Part shown: positions 61,480-64,000 of the stretch, one piece after another | Position numbering within the stretch: position 1 is the first letter of the stretch | How the letters are laid out: the number at the start of each line of letters is the position of its first letter | Assembly: GCA_000182565.2 (NCBI GenBank) | Contig: KQ257451.1 | Reading direction: 5' to 3' (one strand) | Origin: Spizellomyces punctatus DAOM BR117 | Lineage: Eukaryota | Length of the DNA: 64,000 nucleotides | The notes under the pieces: model-generated | Database searches by the model: none | What the model was told of the DNA's origin: nothing | The model's input: only the letters and a program-made list of their open reading frames with translations | Program-made: the position numbers and the translations under genes

Positions 61480-63600
61480 ATGAGCGCTTCATTGGACGAG
61501 CCTCACCCACGACGCTGGGTGATGCTTGCATTCACTTCGGCCATACTCATTGGGAATTATTATGTGCGTCTGTCCGCTGATCCATCAACCAATATGCAAC
61601 TACTTAGTCCGCAATTCTAGGTCTACGACACACCAGCCGCACTCAACCGCTTCCTGCGACAAACCTTCTCAATACCATACGCGGAATGGCAACATCATCT
61701 CGGAATCCTGTATGCAAGTTACTCACTGCCAAATGTGGTGATGCCCTTCGTCGCTGGAGGCTTGGTTGAAAGATATGGTATGCTAAAGACGAGGCTTTAG
61801 GCTTGGAAGGTTGGACTTATAGCGGTTTCTACTCTTCAGGTCCACACAAGGTTTTGACGACATTGTCCCTACTCGTGGTTCTTGGAGCGGGCCTGTTTGC
61901 AGTTGGTGTTCAGGAGCGGGCTTTTGGAATTATGGCTTTGGGAAGGGGCCTTTTGGGAATTGCAGGTATATGATCGATCCAGGGGTCATGATGAGGGGTT
62001 ATTCAGGCTCATTCAGCTGATATTTTAATGATCTAGGAGAATCTCTGGGTGTCGCTCAAGCGCGGATAACATGTCGATATTTTACCGGGCAGGAGTTGGC
62101 GCTTGCACTGGGGATCAACCTTTCCATTGCCCGATTAGGCTCCGTTCTGAATGACGTGGTGTCGCCTCTTATCAGTACATCCTCATATTTTGGCACTATT
62201 GAAGAGGGGACGGTGGCCGCCGTGTGGATAGGTTTTGCCCTGTGCGTGTTTTCAATGCTTTCGGGGATATATGTGGTGTTGTCAGATTTCTGGTGTTGGG
62301 AGGACCACGTGGATTTTGGAAGTGTAGGTGGAGTGCGGAGAAAGGATTCTATCTCGATTGTTGGACATAGGACAAGCTACCAGAGCTTGACGGATGCGGT
62401 GGCGAGTGAGGCATGGAAAGGCCGAGAGTCGAAGGCGAGCGGAGGATTAGGTGGAATAATTGAAGAAGAAGATGGGAACGGAGAGCGACGACCAATCTCA
62501 TTCTGGCGGAAACAGGGCGGCTATGGAGCAATTGCCGGGGTAGAGCCCTCAAATAACGAGAACATTCGAAATAGCCAATATTCGATACAATCCCGTCAAA
62601 CAATCTATTCTTCTGACACGTCCTTGGACGAGCCGTCAATATCCTTACATCGATCGAGTAAATACCGCTCATCAATCATGTATATCGAAATTTTACCCGA
62701 CGTACCTGAAAACTCGTCTTTTTCCCATCCCGCCGAAACTGAGCAACAGGGTTATATAGATTCCATTGATGACCAAACGGCTTCACCACCATTTCTGCAA
62801 ACCCTTCCGGCTCTCCCTCTTCCATTTTGGATTCTGACTACCGCGATGATATGCTTCTACGGAGCGACCATTGGACTCATCAACGTTTCTTCCGATTTTA
62901 TACATGGACAAATTCGTGTAGCACCAGGCTTTGTCGGACTCATTATGTGTCTGCCAGATTTGGTGTCCACCCTTCTGGTCCCCGTTGTTGGCGGATGGTT
63001 TGGAGACTTTGGTTTGAAAAGGAGGTGGGCAGTCGTCAGCGGTGTTGGGATTGTGTTTGTTGGGGTTTTCATGGCGTGGAGCGAAACGATCGGGGAGGGT
63101 GTGGGTGTTGTGCTTGGATTGACGGTTGTTGGTATTTGTTATGCGGTTTATTCAAGTGTAAGTGCTTGCGATGAGCTCCTTTGTTGTCAAAGCATTTTCT
63201 TACTCGCTCCTCCAAATGTACGCAGCTCTTTTGGCCGACCATTGCACTGCTTTTGCCAACGCCTCATCTTCCAACAGCTTACAGCCTTGCCACCTCTCTC
63301 CTCAACACAGGTCTAACCATATTCCCCCTCATCATTGGTGAATTTGTCGGAGCAGACCCGAGTTACACCTCAACAGTGATCTTTTTAGCTTTGGTAACGG
63401 GGCTAGGCGGACTGGTTGGTGCAATTGGATTCTGCTTTGTAGGTGAGGAGGAAGTCAATGAGGAGTTTATATGGGAAAGTAAAGGTCCTTCTTCGAGGGA
63501 AAGTGGGACTGCGCGGTGGGTGGAGAGTGGAAGGATGTTTGGGTCAGGTCCTGACCAGGTTGGAGAAGAGGTGGTGGGCGAAAAAGTAATTATTTCGTAG
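61480..63600 (+). CDS. MFS transporter, MFSD1-like, with an expanded central loop
   Basis: RWVMLAF...GNYY/VYDTPAAL, LYASYSLPNVVMP, GRGLLGIAG/ESL, ALALGINLSIARLGSVLN, LPFWIL, FWPTIALL, TAYSLATSLLNTG. Confidence 0.9.
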
Positions 63601-64000
63601 ACTATTTCGTAGAGAGTGATTTTTGATAGAAAGTGTAGTGTACAGTAAGTAATGCGTAGTGGTTATTAGTTGGCATAGGGAGACATACTTGTAGGCTGTT
63701 GCAAATGGCATCATTCAACCTGTTACAAATAGAATTCTTTGTCCATCAAGTCTGATCGCCAAGTGCGGACTTCCTGCTTTTTGGTAAGCATATACAAATG
63801 CAACAAAAGTCGAGATAGATCTGCAGCTTTGCTGCCAAGGCCAGACTCCTCGCTTTGTAAATATATTTGCAAAAAAATACTCAATATACACATGATTGCT
63901 CTCCGCATCTGAAAATACGCACATGCACAGACAGAGTTGCTGTAGCACAAATAAGGTTCTCACGCCATAATATTGGAACTCAACGATTCCTCTTCCGTAA

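Noticed and set aside
63700-64000. 3' end of a minus-strand gene at the window edge
   Set aside because: A plausible intron exists, but the frame and product cannot be determined from this fragment.

Overview
Gene-dense, intron-rich eukaryotic DNA from a fungus, most likely a zoosporic (chytrid-like) lineage. That assignment is inferred from GT-AG introns with CTRAC branch sites, a Na+/K+-type P2C ATPase, Acinus, THOC5 and a probable flagellar microtubule-inner protein. About 24 spliced protein genes are supported: P2C ATPase (truncated), SNF2/STH1, SHPRH/Irc20, a hybrid histidine kinase, MOD5, a KDM3-like JmjC protein, two RhoGAPs, TatD, an N4BP2-like kinase, Acinus, Atg15, an elongase, an EEP phosphodiesterase, HRD1, a nuclear mitoribosomal S3-like gene, WBP1, a DHH phosphoesterase, THOC5, UBI-RPS31, an AN1 Zn-finger, an ammonium transporter and MFSD1. 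Two further small genes were not recoverable from the ORF track (an MDM1/SAXO-motif protein and a 68-aa YABBY/HMG-like protein). The most unusual object is a ~755-760 bp terminal-inverted-repeat element present twice (3567-4321 and 36887-37647). It has no transposase but carries its own TATA promoter and a two-exon 91-92 aa ORF whose splice signals and frame are kept in both diverged copies; all differences in its conserved arm are CpG transitions. No rRNA, tRNA or CRISPR array was recognised. Exon boundaries were read by eye and no database searches were run.
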